Assembly (NCBI GenBank): GCA_951406725.2
Contig: OX597842.1
Location: 6,448,001 to 6,512,000, forward strand
DNA length: 64,000 nucleotides
Direction of reading: 5' to 3'
Source of the DNA: Octopus vulgaris
Lineage: Eukaryota
Shown: positions 24,501 through 37,587 of the stretch, piece by piece
How positions within the stretch are numbered: the stretch's first letter is position 1
Layout of the letters: each line of letters begins with the position of its first letter
Notes under the pieces: model-generated
What the model was told of the DNA's origin: nothing
The model's database searches: none
Seen by the model: the letters and a program-made list of their open reading frames with translations, nothing else
Program-made: the position numbers and the translations under genes

Positions 24501-26145
24501 GCTAGGGTCATGATGAATGTCCTCCTAAAATTGGAGCGACGTGCGTGCTAATTTGTGAATGTGCATAAATTACATTCATGTACACACGTACACACACACA
24601 CACACACATCCTGCTTTTTATATATACTGATACACACACGCATATACACATATATAATACACACACATTATGCATATATATATATATATATATATATATA
24701 ATGATAAATCTCAGAGCGAGTTATAAACAGTAGCGGCAACACATCGTGACGTATATTTGCCATTTGAATATGGCTATCCCCTAAGGGTGGATGCTACTGT
24801 AGTTTGTAGCCCCAGGAAGACACATCCTTCAGCTGGCTATAGACACACTTTCTGTGCCCTAGCAGTATTTGTGAAGGGAAGTCATCCTTCCCGTCTTCAA
24901 TTTATGATACACACGGACTCGAGTTTCAAAGTATTGACCTATCATCGGCATGTGACAATCATAGTTGTCGACGAGAAAATTTGTTTTAAATGTTTGACAA
25001 CTCAACACTGTCCATTGGACGGGGGGGGGGGGGGGCTTTTTCTTGTATTATATAACATAACATAATAATATATAACATAAATAATTATAAAAAACATAAA
25101 AGGCCAACAAATTTTTTCGACTTATATATATATATTTTTTGCGCCCGTTGACGAGGGACAACAATCCCGGAACTAGTTTGAGCGTATCACTCAGGCTTGC
25201 GAGGAAGGGATGGCCTCCCTTTGCAAATACTCCAAGGACACTGATATTGTGTCTAAAGCCAGCTTGAGATGAAGATCTCTTGGGGCTATAAAGCTACAGT
25301 AACACCCCCTCCCCAACGTGGTTAGCCATGATAAGATGGCTTCTATACTTTACATTATTACAGTTATCTTATATATAAAGTCACTTCAGAGTCATGATTG
25401 AGAAAAAGACAAAATTCTGTTAAAGGATGGCTGGATTGTAAAAATTAATTCAAGTGTCTTTGTGTATGAGCATTAATTATTCAATCATACATAAATTACA
25501 ATTAAAAAAACAACAAAAGCACTTTAATGGATGATGCAATCCACAACCATTGAAATTCACTTCATTACTTCCCAGACACATACCAACTGAAAGTCTTTCA
25601 TGCCCAAGTCGCTTGTCACCACAACATACAACAATAAGATATTTGTGTATAATTAATATGTATAATTAAGTGTTTAAGTCTTCTCCTATGTATAACTGCA
25701 ACAAAAAATACATAAACAATTAAATCTTCAATACAACAACTCTTTTATCTATTTAAATTAGTTGGTATAAAAAAAAGTTCTTGTTTAAATTAACTAATAA
25801 TAATCTATATTTATTATTTTCTCTGAGGGATAATTCTATAATAAATATGAATAGAAACCTAATGAAAATTTCTGTTTTTGCTTACTTAAGCTATCGCAGG
25901 AAGAATTCCATAATAATTGTTAATATGGACTTAAGACTGTCAACACGAGAACCAAAATACCACATATATATATAGGGAGGGTTTACGAAAAAAACAAAAG
26001 CTGAAGACGGGTGGTGTACAAAACAAACAGATATATTAGTATAACGCTCAGGAATAGAAAAAGTCATTTACATTTCAAGCCTACGCTCTTCCACAGAAAG
26101 GGGACACAGAAAACAAGGAGTGAAAAAAACGTGTGTAGTGGCTAA

Positions 26146-26197
<52 letters not shown>

Positions 26198-27798
26198 ATT
26201 TTAGGTTACTGCAATTGCAATCAAATTTACTAATTTTGTAGGTTTGAAGTTACTTAAACAATGATTGTTATTCACACGCCATGGAAGGGAGAATTTAGTG
26301 AATCGACAGAAATCATCAATAGAAACCAAACAAGCAACAAGCATAGTTCTTGATGAACTAATCTGTGTTATTATATACAAAATGAGGGACCAAAATGAGG
26401 GGCCACATATGGTGTATATCCAAACTCTATCAATATTTTCAGAAGTAACAAATAACATTGTTGTAATAGGAATACAATTTATAAACTATACAATACTATA
26501 ATAATTATTAGGGGGAGCTTTTAAATTTATTTAGTAAGTCAAATGAAATTATTTTTTATCATACACACACACACACATATATATATATGCATACACACAT
26601 ATATAATACATAAACATGTACCTACACATATATACACACACACATACAGAAATACATATATACCCATGTGTGTGTGTGTGTTTGTGTGGAGGTGCAATGG
26701 CCCAGTGGTTAGGGCAGTGGACTCGCAGTCGTAGGATTACGATTTCGATTCCCAGACTGGGCGTTGTGTTTATTGATCGAAATCACCTAAAGCGGCTCCA
26801 ACAGTGGGTGGTGGTGAATGCTGCTGTACTCTTTCACCACAACTTTACATGTAAATACATATACTAACATATACATATATACATGTACATATTCATATAT
26901 ATATATGCAGATAAATACATACACACCTAGATATACATACACACACACACATATATATATATACACACACACGCATACATACATATAAACACACACATAT
27001 ATAGTTGGAATTTACAAAAAAAACAAAAGACAAAGACAGGTGTGTAAACAACAAACAGGTGTATTAGTTTAACACTCGGGAAGGTGAGAAAGTCTTTTAT
27101 GTTTTGAGCCTATGCTCTTCAGCAGAAAGGAATAAGAGAAAATAAACAGAGAGAGAATAAAAAAAGTTTTAGTCGATTGTGGTGATAGCCGGACAAAGGT
27201 TGTCAGACAGGAGAGCTAGGCAGAAGGGGAGATAATAAAGTAGTGGTGATCACAAGATGAAGGTGCACATGCGTGTGTATGTGAGAGCATGTGTGTGTGC
27301 GTGTGGATAAGGGTTGGTGACCTTGACGTGTGGGTGTATGCATGTGTAGGTGTGTGGATGATGTTGTGGGTGCTTGGAAGTGGTCAGTGCTAGTGTGTGT
27401 GGGGGGATGGGATGTATAGGGATGGTGGGGTTATACATACATACACACACACACACATATATATATATAGTAAAAGAGTATATATATGTACAAAATTTTA
27501 AATTTTGGGGGAGGGGAGAGAATATATATATATTGCCAGTGGCACGTAAAATGCACCAATCCGACCGTGGCCGATACCAGCCTCGCCTGGCACCCGTGCA
27601 GGTGGCACGTAAAAAGCACCCACTACACTTACGGAGTGGTTGGCATTAGGAAGGGCATCCAGCTGTAGAAACATTGCCAGATAAGACTGGAGCCTGGTGC
27701 AGCCTTCTGGCTTCCCAGATCCCGTCGAACCGTCCAACCCATGCTAGCATGGAGAACAAACGTTAAACGATGATGATGATGATATATATATATATCAT

Positions 27799-28183
27799 AG
27801 GCACAAGAGTGGCTGTGTGGTAAGTAGCTTGATTACCAATCACATGGTGCCAGGTTCAGTCCCACTGCATGGCACCTTGGGTAAGTGTCTTCTACTATAG
27901 CCTCGGGCCGACCAAAGCCTTGTGAGTGGATTTGGTAGATGGAAACTGGAAACAAGATCATCGTATATATGTATGTGTGTGTGTGTGTTTGTCCCCCCAA
28001 CATCGCTTGACAACTGATGCTGGTGTGTTTACGTCCTTGTAACTTAGCGGTTCAGGAAAAGAGACTGATAGAATAAGTACTAGTCTTACAAAGAATAAGC
28101 TCTGGAGTTGATTTGCTCAACTAAAGGTGGTGCTCCAGCATGACCACAGTCAAATGACTGAAATAAGTAAAAGAAGTAAAGAG
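27799..28183 (+). mobile_element. SINE family A
   Basis: Full-length match. Confidence 0.9.
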
Positions 28184-28682
28184 TATATATATATATATTG
28201 TGAAAACCTGTTGAGGCAAGTGAAATCAAAATCAAATTCAATGACTAGCGTCTGTGCTTGCGGAGTGCAAAGAGCACCATTCAAGTGTGATCGTGACCAG
28301 CGTCGCCTTACTGGCACTTGTGCCCATGCTAGTAGGGTACTAAGAGCACTATCCAAGCATGATCGTTGCCAGAGCAGCTAACTGGCTTCCATGCTGGTGG
28401 CATGTAAAAAGCACCATTCGAGCGTGATCGTTACTAGCATCGCCTTACTGGCACTTGTGCCGTTGGCATGTGTAAAAAAAAAAAATTCGAGCGAGGTCGT
28501 TGCCAGTACCACCTGACTGGCCCCCATGCTGGCAGCACGTTAAAGCACCCACTACATTCTCCGAGTGGTTGGTGTTAGGAAGGGCATCCAGCTGTAGAAA
28601 CTCTGCCAGATCAGATTAGAGTCTGGTGCAGCCATCTGGGTCACCAGCCCTTAGTCAAAATTGCCCAACCCATGCTAGCATG

Positions 28683-28885
28683 GGTTTGTAACCTCGTGTG
28701 TACTGTTGGCGATTTTTTTTCCTCTGTCTTCCCTTCTCTGGATCTTTCCTTCTCCTATGTTTCCGACGAAGAGCTCCGCTCGAAACGTTAAACCCTCCTT
28801 CTTTCCTGAGAGTCCAATAATACTATATTTGTTCCACGTCCTCGCGTTGTTGTGTTTTTTTTGTGATTTCTTGTTTGGATTAACT
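28683..28885 (+). mobile_element. Penelope-like terminal fragment with degenerate hammerhead motif
   Basis: gttt-CCGACGA-a-gagc/gctc-GAAA-cgtt-aaac at 28759-28793. The fragment ends in (TA)n, and a related copy lies at 38612-38815. Confidence 0.5.
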
Positions 28886-28999
28886 ATATATATATATATA
28901 TATATATAGTATACATATAGTATACATACATATATTTGTTATTAATAACAGCTAGAAGAAGCTGCTTCTTTTCCAGTCACCTAAGTGAATGAAGCCTGA

Positions 29000-30040
29000 C
29001 CAGAAGAAATAGATGTCATCAGACATATCAGTGGTCATTGAATGTTTTGTCTCTGAACCATAACACCCTACAGTTTGTGTGTCAGCAGTTATGGCAAAAT
29101 CACTGCTTATCTATTCCTGGCTTCCAGCTTAATTCTTTTCTCTTGCTCTGTAACCAGCAAGTGGCTCTTCACACACACATGTTTTGACTGCCCACTGGGG
29201 TCCTTTGGTATCACTTCTATTTCATATACCAAAATCTCTGTGTTCCAGTAAGCCATTAAGGGGACATGAGGTGTTGCCTCTGCATGAGACTGTCCAGTCT
29301 ATGTCCATTCTGGCCCCTAGAAATGGCTTAGGCATCATCTTTATATAAAGCAAAATTCGTTGACAAGAATTTCTTACTTAGAATGTCTAGTATAAAGAGG
29401 CCTCTGAGATCACAGATATCTATGCTGTTTATGGTTGGCCTGCTCATTTTTCTGTAACCTGGTGTAGCTGCTGTGATCTTGGTTTTTAGGGCATCCAGAG
29501 TGTGAGCTACCAGAACTTGGTGATCAGCTTTTTGTAGTTCAGACATGGCTTGGTGGCAGGCGTGGAGCCTTCTGTTGTTGGAAAAGTTGTTGAATCAAAA
29601 GCTGGGTGGATGCTGCCTTTCCTGCACAGTGATGGGGATAGAAGACCACCTGCAGCCTTCTACAACTCCTGTTTAAACACCGACAGGCTATGATTTATAC
29701 CTACCAACCACAACTTGGGTCAATGTATCTGTGTGAAAGTGGCAGAGGGGATTCGCAAATTTGGGTGAGTAACCAAACTTCCTGAGAACATCCTACAAAT
29801 GTTCCTTGATGAGTGTCAAAGTCTTTTGGCATATTCACAAATACAATGAATAAGTTTTAATGTTCCTCCCTGAATCTGCCTTGTAGTAAAATCATGTTCT
29901 GTCTGCTTTGACCACTGCCAAATTTGTCCAGTAACTCAAGTATGATGTTTTCTAGTAATGACTAGGCCAGTCTTTTGAGTATAGATTTGGACAGAACCTT
30001 CTCAGAAATGATCAGGGATGTTGAAACCCTACTGTTGGAA
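29000..30040 (-). mobile_element. Highly degraded RTE-like LINE RT remnant
   Basis: Minus-strand fragments resemble the F.D..KAFD and L.KFG...KF RT motifs. Confidence 0.5.
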
Positions 30041-30109
30041 CAAGTATTCACACATTTATGAATGTACATAAATGCACGCTTACAAATACATGTACACATG
30101 CTTACAACA

Positions 30110-30156
<47 letters not shown>

Positions 30157-30159
<3 letters not shown>

Positions 30160-30660
30160 CAAATCAAATCAAAATAGATGAACATCAATGGAATTTGTAT
30201 CCATGTGGTACCAGTGCTGGTGGCACATAAGAAAACCATCCGAACGTGACCGTAGCCAGTACCGCATCGACTGGCCTCCGTGCTGAGGGCACGTAACAAA
30301 CACCATCCGAGCGTGGCCGTTCGCCAGCCTCGTCTGGCACCTGTGTCGGTGGCACATAAAAACACCATCCGAGCGTGGCCGTCTGCCAGCCTCGTCTGGC
30401 ACCTGTGTCGGTGGCACATAAAAACACCATCCGAGCGTGGCCGTCTGCCAGCCTCGTCTGGCACCTGTGTCGGTGGCACATAAAATCACCCACTACACTC
30501 TCGGAGTGGTTGGCATTAGGAAGGGCATCCAGCTGTAGAAACACTGCCAGATCTGACTGGCTTGGTGTAGCCTTCGAGCTTGCCAGACCCCAGTTGAACC
30601 GTCCAACCCATGCTAGCATGGAAAGCGGACGTTAAATGATGATGATGATGATGATGATGA
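30157..30660 (+). mobile_element. Family C retroposon
   Basis: Same tandem units and (GAT)n tail. Confidence 0.85.
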
Positions 30661-30662
30661 TA

Positions 30663-31230
30663 TTGGGTTGTCCTGAAAGTTTGTGCCGATTTATAGTAGC
30701 TTACCTTTCGACTTATTTTAGTACATGGTTGAGTCCATAAAATAGGATTTGACTACACCTCCATTTAGAGCACAGTTTAAGCTATCTTTTCAAGGGAGAA
30801 GGTTTATGTTCCGATAACCTGTGTTAATTCTGTAACCCTTTAAAATGGAAGATAAGAAAGTTCATTTTCGGCACTTGATGCTTTGGGAACCAAACAAAAA
30901 TTGCTGCAGCTCGGCTGGGAGGTGTTACCCCTTCCCTCCATATTCACCAGATATTGCTCCTTCGGATTTCCACTTATTCAGGTCTCTGCAGAATAGTCTT
31001 AATGGTAACAATTTCAATTCCTTAGATGACATAAAAAGATACCTTGATGAATTGTTTGCCATGAAACCACCTCAATTCTGGGAAGAGGTGTATTTTCAAG
31101 TTAAAGGAAAGATGGAGATGCATTGAGCAACAAAATGGTTCATATTTGGTTGATTAAAAATGTAATGGCAAGTATTTATTGACCTTTTTCTTCCCTTTAA
31201 AAATCGGCATGAACTTTCTGGACAACCCAA
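30663..31230 (+). mobile_element. Non-autonomous mariner deletion derivative
   Basis: TIRs ttgggttgtcc..gaaagtt..tgccgattt with TA flanks. Fused transposase ends MEDKKVHFRHLML and PPYSPDIAPSDFHLFRSL. Confidence 0.93.
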
Positions 31231-31359
31231 TATATATACACACACACACACACACATACACACACACTTTGAAATATACTTACACACACACACACACACA
31301 AATACACACATAAACCTCACAGTCTACTGATTCATTGTACCTTTTTTTTCTTTTTCCAG

Positions 31360-31459
31360 ATTCCCTGTTGCTGTCCTTATATATAGCTCCAGGCCCGTCC
31401 AGTTGCAGTAGGCAGAAAGTATTTTCAGCTTTGACCTCCATCTCACCTGTTTAGGACAG
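31360..31459 (+). other. Putative non-coding (5' UTR) exon upstream of the TLR
   Basis: Strong acceptor (ttttttttctttttccag) ending at 31359 and donor CAG|GTATGT at 31459/31460. Stops occur in all three frames. A possible acceptor ctgcag ends at 31876, 6 nt before the TLR ATG. Confidence 0.5.
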
Positions 31460-31882
31460 GTATGTAGTCTTATGGGGAAATTTCAGATTCCAAGGAAACT
31501 GGTTCCAGTCCATATTGAAACAAGAATTAATTCATAGGAAGGCTTGTGGAAGATTTTAAAAAAAATTTTAATTACCACCATCAGGAGTGACTAATTGAAT
31601 GATTCAGAACCATTTTAATTCATCAGAAAGAGTAAAAGACTGAGAGATTAAATGATTGTCACTTGGGCAGAAAGTTGCCAACCAAAGGATCACTAATCTA
31701 TCTTTATTTAAGATAGTAGCATTTGTTTAAGATAATAGTATTGAAAGTAATTTAGCTGCTATTTCTTGTGGATTGAGTGACTGCATGGAGGCTCCTTTGG
31801 ATGCTGTTGTTGTCATTGTTATCATCTGTGTCACCTCTACATTAACTCAACCTATGTTTAAAAAGTCTGACTGCAGAGTGTA

Positions 31883-33982
31883 ATGTTTAATCAGAAACTG
31901 AGAAAATATACCCGATTCTTCGACCATTCTACGTATCTCATTGAATTTCCACTGTTGTTATTGTTGTTGCTACCTTTATCATTGTCAGCATCTCTGCCCA
32001 ATTGTACGTGTGTCCACACTTCCTGCAGCTGTATAACCAAAACTTATGTTCCTCAATTACCACAGAACATCACAAATATCATTTTTAAGGACTCTAATTT
32101 TAGACTGACTAAGGAATTCATGGTGAATATTTCAAGCTTGTCTCTTGTTTCGCTGAAGTTTGAAAACACATATATTTTCTCATCTAATAGTTCGGCTTTC
32201 GAAAATTTTACAACACTAAGTATTCTTGAATTCTTTGCGTGCTATTTTCAGCCCAGAATTTTGTACACAGCCTTAGCCAATGCTAAACAGCTGACCAAGT
32301 TATACATCATTTCAGCAAAAATTAAGGAGCTGTCTGAGTATTTCTTTGAGAATTTGCGTTGGACCCAGTTGACTCATTTGTCTTTGAAACGCTGTGGTTT
32401 TGATACTTTCAACGGCACACTGTTTTCAACTCTGAAATACTTGCGGGATTTAGACTTTTCTGAAAATTTTGTCAAGACTGCCATTTGGGGCATTAATCTG
32501 TCATTGAACGTCTTGAAAATTCCCCATAGCAGTGTTCAGCATTTGCCTGCTTTTGTTAGTTCCAGAGGTGAGTCTTACTATCCAAATTTAACACATTTGG
32601 AAATTGGTGTCGAAAGAATTCCTCATTTGAATGAGACTACATGCAAGGGACTGCAGCATCTGCAACATTTGTACATTTGGTGCGATCAATTAGAAAAGAT
32701 CAATTCCTTGTTCAACCCCATTCAAAATCTTCAAGCATTTCATCTTAGAGCTTCTTTATTTAGCCATCAGCCAAAACTTAGTATTACAAGTTCAAATTTT
32801 CGAAGCAAAACCCTTCAAAATCTAACTCTGGAAAATGTGCGTGTTTTTGCAGATAGCCAGATAGATTTGTTTCACTATTTTCCAAGCCTCATCAACCTTC
32901 AGTTAATTGGAACTGTTTTGTTAAGTAACCCTATATCAATCAACCAATCACTGGCCTTTCTTCCAAATTTAGTTACTTTGCAAATGAGTTTCTCCAATCT
33001 GAAAATCATTCCAAAAGTTATATGCAACATGGTTAACTTAACTTCTTTAAACTTGAAAGGCAACAGAATCCTGTGGTGGAATGATACCGATTGCTCCGTC
33101 ATGAAGAAACTAAACTTTCTCTCTTTCTCAGAAAACAGTATAAGTATTGTAGAGGATAAAACCTTTTCCCCCTTACTTATTGACAACAAAAATCTCAGAT
33201 GGGATTTGTCTGTTAACCCTTTCTTGTGTACCTGTGAAAATGCCTGGTTTAAGAGCTGGCTAGAAAAGAACCACCAACAGTTCTTATACTATCCTAAAGA
33301 CTTCAAATGTGAAACTCCAGCAGAACTGCGAGGTAAACGACTGTCAGATATCGACCTTGGAAACAACGTATGTGGAGTCAGTGTTATACCATCAGTTGGG
33401 ATCACTATTGGAATTGTGTTGGGCTCACTGATGTTTGTGTTTGTAGTGGTTGCCAGCATCTCATACTACAAGAGATGGGCTTTGCGCTACATCTGTTACT
33501 TGCTCAAGTCTCGCAAGAAGCAGGAAAGAAGCCAACAAGATGAGAAAAGTTATGTGTATGATGCATTCATCTGCTATCATAACAGTGACAGTAAATACCT
33601 TCTGGAAAAGCTGCAACCAAAACTAGAAGTGGAAAATAACTTTCGGTTGTGCATCCATGATCGAGATTTCATTCCAGGATGGGACATTGTTGATAATATT
33701 GTTGAAAGTATTGAGAAGAGTCACAAGATTGTGCTGCTTCTCTCAAACAACTTTGCCCTCAGCGAGTGGTGCCAGTTTGAATCGACAATGGCTCAGCAGC
33801 GACTCTTCGGTGAGAAAAAGAACACTTTGATCCCAATCCTTCTTGAACCAATCAAAATTAAAAATCAAACATCCCGGCTAACCATTCTCTTGAAGGAAAA
33901 GACCTACCTAGAATGGACAGATGACAAAAATGGTCAAAAGTTGTTTTGGGCACGTCTTTTAAATACCATGAGGGGTTCTTGA
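31883..33982 (+). CDS. TLR: Toll-like receptor, single-cysteine-cluster type, intronless ORF, 699 aa
   Basis: Hydrophobic signal segment (LLLLLLLPLSLSA), N-cap cysteines (CTCVHTSCSC) and multiple LxxLxLxxN repeats. LRRCT (NPFLCTCENAWF...FKCETP..LRGKRL...C), TM helix (GITIGIVLGSLMFVFVVVASISYY) and TIR motifs (YDAFICY, LCIHDRDFIPG, SEWCQFE, LFW) follow. ORF is uninterrupted. Confidence 0.96.
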   Translation: MFNQKLRKYTRFFDHSTYLIEFPLLLLLLLPLSLSASLPNCTCVHTSCSCITKTYVPQLPQNITNIIFKDSNFRLTKEFMVNISSLSLVSLKFENTYIFSSNSSAFENFTTLSILEFFACYFQPRILYTALANAKQLTKLYIISAKIKELSEYFFENLRWTQLTHLSLKRCGFDTFNGTLFSTLKYLRDLDFSENFVKTAIWGINLSLNVLKIPHSSVQHLPAFVSSRGESYYPNLTHLEIGVERIPHLNETTCKGLQHLQHLYIWCDQLEKINSLFNPIQNLQAFHLRASLFSHQPKLSITSSNFRSKTLQNLTLENVRVFADSQIDLFHYFPSLINLQLIGTVLLSNPISINQSLAFLPNLVTLQMSFSNLKIIPKVICNMVNLTSLNLKGNRILWWNDTDCSVMKKLNFLSFSENSISIVEDKTFSPLLIDNKNLRWDLSVNPFLCTCENAWFKSWLEKNHQQFLYYPKDFKCETPAELRGKRLSDIDLGNNVCGVSVIPSVGITIGIVLGSLMFVFVVVASISYYKRWALRYICYLLKSRKKQERSQQDEKSYVYDAFICYHNSDSKYLLEKLQPKLEVENNFRLCIHDRDFIPGWDIVDNIVESIEKSHKIVLLLSNNFALSEWCQFESTMAQQRLFGEKKNTLIPILLEPIKIKNQTSRLTILLKEKTYLEWTDDKNGQKLFWARLLNTMRGS

Positions 33983-34543
33983 GTGTCGTTTAAACATAAC
34001 AAAAGAATCATAAGGATTTAACCATTTCTGTGCCATTTTTGATGGTGAAATTTTCAATGCATAACATTTTAATGGTAACAATTTAACACAGGACATTATA
34101 GCTGTGATAAAGTCTAATGTTTTTCTGACATGTAAATCTTTAAAACCAGAGGTTGATAATGAAAACTAGTGGCAAAAGACCTCCACACCAAATCTTAATA
34201 CAAAAAATACAAAAAAATTACCAGCAAACATTTTCTCAGAATAAAAATTTTAATACTGAACATTTTGATGGCCAAGAATTTAACATGCACCATCTTAATA
34301 TTCTGAAGGTAAAATTTGTAATGGTACGAAGACTTACAAAAATAATACAAAAAAGAAATTTTTTACTAGCAAAAAATTTACCAGTTTAATGGATATTTTT
34401 AAATGTGAAAATTTAAAGGTAAAATATTTATTGTAAACAACCTGATACAAGGAATTTTAAAGGACATTTTGTCTTTTGTCAGGAAGAACGTTACTATTTT
34501 AATGCAGAATGTTCATAATGGCAACATAATATATATATATATA

Positions 34544-34603
<60 letters not shown>

Positions 34604-36069
34604 CATATGTCTATGTATATGCATACATACATGCATGTGTGTGTGTGTGTGTATAAATATATATATTCATATATACATACTTACATATGTATGTATGTAT
34701 ATGCATACATACGTGTGTGTGTGTGTATATATATGCTGCATATGTATAAAGGTAAAAAATTTTAATAATTTATTACCAGTGGTTCATATGCTTAATAAAA
34801 GTCATAAGACAAAATATTTTATATGAATGTATAAATTATACATGGAAAGAAGACCCTTTATACACTCATATATATATATATATTTATATTTTTAATGTCA
34901 ATGGCTCATGTACAGAAAATCTTTTTAATGTCAACCATTTTTGTTGGCAACAATTTTTTATTATTCACTTCTCAACTGCAATTTTAATGGGAGCAGTTTA
35001 ACAGGGTATAATCTAATGGTAGTGAAGGCAAGTGGCTTAGTGTTTAGGATGTTGGACTCATAATCATAAGATTATGATTTCAATTCCTGGACTAGTTGAC
35101 ACGTTGTGTTCTTGAGCAAAACGCTTCATTTCATGTTGCTCCAGTCCACTCAGTAATCCTGTGGTGTCCAGCGTCCCATCTAGGTGGGAAATATATACAC
35201 TATTGAAACTGGGAAACCAGCCCTCATGTGGATGGCATTTATTTATTTTTTTAATCTAATGGTAACACTTTAGCAGTGGACATTTTAATAGCGAACAATA
35301 TTTTTTGCCTGACCTTTGCCTGGAAAAGAAGATCAGGAAAAGACAGCTGGAAACAGTTTCTGGTCAGTGTGTGTGGCACTCTGAACTGGAAGCATCCAAG
35401 TTAGTCTTGTGGAACCCACTTCATGGTGATGCAAGAAGAGGAAAATATTGTCAGACATCGACAACTTGATTGTAAACACTGGCCTGGAATGTATCCAGAA
35501 CCTCAAAGCAGTTGTGTTGGACCAAGAGGTGTGGTGGGTGGACAGTGTAGCTGCAGCCTGGGTTGGAACACGGCCATAAAAGAAAAAAAAAAGATTTTTT
35601 TAAAAATCCCCAAGTGAAACATTAAGAGATGTCTGTTCCTAATACACAGGAAGGATACATTGAACAACTCCAGAGCTAAGTAATGACACTCAAGACTATA
35701 AAAAGAGAGTCTCCCCCCTACACTAGTCTGAAACAAAGACTTTAACCTTTTAACATTCAGATTATTCTATGAAATGTAATGCATGTTCATTTACATTGTT
35801 TTGAATTAATCATGGATTATCTCATAGCTTTGAGATTTCAATGATGTGATTGTTGAGTTTTAGAATGACATTGTATGGTAGGTATAAGAGATGAGATGTG
35901 GATAGTCTGAACATAAAACAGGTAGAATATTTGGTTCAGATGTGGCCAGTTTGACCCTTCAATATTCAGATTGCTCTGTGAAATGTAATACTTATTTATT
36001 CACATTGTTTTGAATTAATCATGGATTCAGTTCTGTATTTAAGAGATGAGGAATTATGTACATTATTTA

Positions 36070-37516
36070 TTAGGTTGGTAACTAAGTTCCTGCTATCTTT
36101 TTAAATTTAAATTTTTTAAAAGTTTTAATAAAAAATAACAACTAATTAATCAATAATGTATTCACCCTTGCTGTTTACAACTTCTTCCCAATGTTCAACA
36201 AGATTTTCAATACCTCGTTGGTAGAAATCACCCGATTTCGACTCGAAAAATTGATCCAACCAAGCTCTCAATTCTTCATCAGTATTGAACGAAACTCTAC
36301 AAATAGCATTTGAAAGAGGTGGAAATCCATTGGTGACAAATCAGGAGAGTATGGTGGGTGTGGCAGCACTTCCCAGCCATGCATTTGAATGGCTTCCTTA
36401 GTCCTATTGGTGATATGAGGGTGGCATTGTTGTGCAGCAGAAGAACTCCATGCTGCCGATCAGGTCTTTTCTCTTGAATAGCCATGTTGGGTTGTTCCAT
36501 CTGTTGAACATAGAGTTCCATGTTTAACATTTGATTCCGTTCAAGCAATTCATAATGGTAATCCCTTCCCAGTCCCACCATATGTACATCATTTTACACA
36601 GATGAAGATCTTGTTTCACACGCGGTGTCACTTGTTTACCAGGGATAAGCCATTCCTTACGCTGCTTCGTATTGATGTACAGACACCATTTTTCATCATC
36701 AGTAAATGATTCGGTAAAAAAATCGTTGCTTGTGTCCATGAATTGAGCGGTGACGAGCAAGCAAACCAGCGGAGATTGTGGCTCGTTGAGTTTTGTTGTT
36801 GTCACTTAAAGCATGCGGGACCCATGCTCCATACTTCTGAGCCTTTCCAATCGAGTGAAGATGCTTCTCTATAGCAGTGTGGGAGCATTCCATTTTCTCT
36901 GTCAATTCCCTTGTCATTTGACAATTTTCATGCAAAAGTTGGTTTAATTGCTCTTCATCGAATTCAACTGGATGGCCAGAATGAGGTGCATCTTTGAGGT
37001 CAAAATTTCCATTTTTGAACTTGGCATACAAATCACGAGCGGTTCTTTCAGCTATGGCACCCTCTCCATTCACAGCACAAATGCCGTGAGCAGCTTTTGC
37101 GGCCTTAGAACCTTGATTAAAAGCAAAAAGGAGGTGTCAAAAATGCTCATTTTTCTTAACTTTACATTCCATTTTAACTAAATATTGTCAGACATCGACA
37201 ACTTGATTGCAGACACTGGCCTGGAATGTATCCAGAACCTCAAAGCAGTTGTGTTGGACCAAGAGGTGTGGTGGGTGGACAGTGTAGCTGCAGCCTGGGT
37301 TGGAACCCGGCCATAAAAGAAAAAAAAAAGGTTTTTTTTTTTAAATCCCCAAGTGAAACATTAAGAGATGTCTGTTCCTAATACACAGGAAGGATAACTA
37401 AAATGAACTAGAAAGAAAAAAAAAAAAAAGATTCCAAAATGATCCAAAAATAGAATTCTTGAAAAAAATAGATTCCAAAATTTTAAAAACCAGCAGGAAC
37501 TTAGTTGTCAACCCAA
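36070..37516 (-). mobile_element. Full-length degraded mariner element
   Basis: TIRs ttaggttggtaactaagttcctgc / gcaggaacttagttgtcaacccaa. Frameshifted transposase with WVPHAL, TDDEKW and IWWDWEG. Confidence 0.9.
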
Positions 37517-37587
37517 TACATTCCTCTTTTCAAGTGGTAGGGTTTCTTCATGTCCCTCTTAAATACTTCTTATTTATTTTATTTATT

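Noticed and set aside
25400-26500. Possible decayed Penelope GIY-YIG coding remnant
   Set aside because: AT-rich and too degenerate to recover diagnostic motifs by eye.
32899-33189. Antisense ORF within the TLR
   Set aside because: Shadow ORF of the real coding strand with no independent support.
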